Positions 62,941 to 64,000 of a stretch of 64,000 nucleotides of DNA are shown here, piece after piece. Position 1 is the stretch's first letter, and every line of letters starts with the position of its first letter. The notes under the pieces are model-generated. The model did no database searches, was not told the DNA's origin, and worked only from the letters and a program-made list of their open reading frames with translations. The translations under genes were made by a program, and so were the position numbers. Location: contig JBLDXI010000029.1 in NCBI GenBank assembly GCA_047495785.1, positions 2,418,001 to 2,482,000 on the forward strand, written 5' to 3'. Origin of the DNA: Lepidodermella squamata (Eukaryota > Animalia > Gastrotricha).

Positions 62941-64000
62941 CTCATGAGAATGTTTAATTAATTATGCCGGTTTTGCCGCATACGGAATCAGCCCTTTAAA
63001 TCCTGGTTACATTACTGAGGAATTCTTCGTAGCTTCCGATCACCTCCCTGCGGTGCCATGATTCAGACATTGTGTGACAATTGTTTAGGCGGAAATAACG
63101 TCGGCTGTCCTGTAGCTATCCACCGAACTAGTGCCCAGTTTATAGTACATTAGTTTGGATTTACTATTGAAAAATTGTGCATGACTTTCGATTCTTCTTG
63201 CAATTCTCAATGACGGAAAGCACTGGGACGTAGGAGGGGGAGACTTCATTAAAACTGCTCGTCTTTATTTGCCCAGGAAGTGTGTACAATTAAAATTGCA
63301 ATCAACAGCTACTTTGACATTCGAACACTTTGAAATAGGCTCCATTCGCACACTCCTATTTGTCTAAAGGCCGCAATTGGCGGAGACAGAACGAATACAG
63401 ATTTGATTTGCTAACAGCAATGCTATGGGTATTGGTCGTTCTCATAATCAGCCTTTCAAGAAGCCTAAAAAGTGGCGCGCTGATTCGAGAGCCTCTAAAT
63501 AATATTATAAAATAATATTCAAAAGTACCTTGCCGTTCGAGTACCTAATTTTCAAAAATTCAGTTAGATATTATTTAAATGGCCTCGTCCTTGGTACCGT
63601 TGGAAGGCTGGCTATTCCAGTACCTAAAATCGCCAACTGAATTGTTGAAAGTAACGTCACCTGCAAACTTGAGGGATGAAAGGTTTTTGATCATAGCAAA
63701 ATGCAGAAATAAGTACGAGTATTAAGGAGGATTTTCATTCTTTCAATAAATCAATCAACCGCAAGCATTCGAAATTTGTGACCCAGATAATTGTTACGAA
63801 TCGATATACCCAACGAGATGCGTTTAAGGACGCCGGATTGTACAGCGCACTTAAAACGAAATTAAAACGCCGCGATGATGATTAGCGAACTGGAAGTAAT
63901 ACTGCCCCGTTATGATGAAAAGGATACATCATCAGATCATTTCATTTCAAATGTCGATTTGTAATTTTGTAGCGTAATATCACATTTAGCCTGCTCAGAT

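Noticed and set aside
62747-62947. 33-bp repeats as a CRISPR array or a repeat protein (ESDLNTADLSE)
   Set aside because: Direct tandem units with no spacers, in a eukaryotic context; the short ORF has no other support.
1-64000. Alternative genetic code (UAA reassigned)
   Set aside because: Conserved genes such as HAO1, SLX1 and OXCT1 end at TAA in the expected positions, and no conserved exon contains an in-frame TAA.

Overview
Gene-dense, compact metazoan genomic window. The gene set is animal-type (caveolin, IgSF protein, class C GPCR, Cys-loop channel) and most introns are GT-AG and ~50 nt; the species cannot be named from sequence alone. The left half (1-36 kb) is mostly housekeeping: HBS1L (with a nested Ski7-like alternative last exon), HAO1, SLX1, UBE3C, a 2-Ig membrane protein, MAPK15, two tandem SCOT/OXCT paralogues, SRD5A3, FAM91A1 and caveolin, with transposon remnants. 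The right half (37-64 kb) is a dynamic region. It has three CAP/GAPR-1-like genes and four copies of an unrecognised secreted, very basic protein with (Ser-X)n blocks and GGKKF repeats (candidate adhesive or structural protein). It also has two U6 snRNAs, tRNA-Gly/tRNA-Ser pairs, an intronless bacterial-type DUF4874/DUF4832-like gene, a GABA-B-like GPCR, an unusual small heat-shock protein, a MECR-like pseudogene, a foldback element with 138-bp arms and an intronless Cys-loop channel. A PKG-like pseudokinase carries, in one intron, an inverted copy of the [basic protein + tRNA-Gly + tRNA-Ser] cassette. In that copy the tRNA-Ser anticodon has changed from TGA to TTA (ochre-suppressor type). All exon boundaries were read by eye and no database searches were run.
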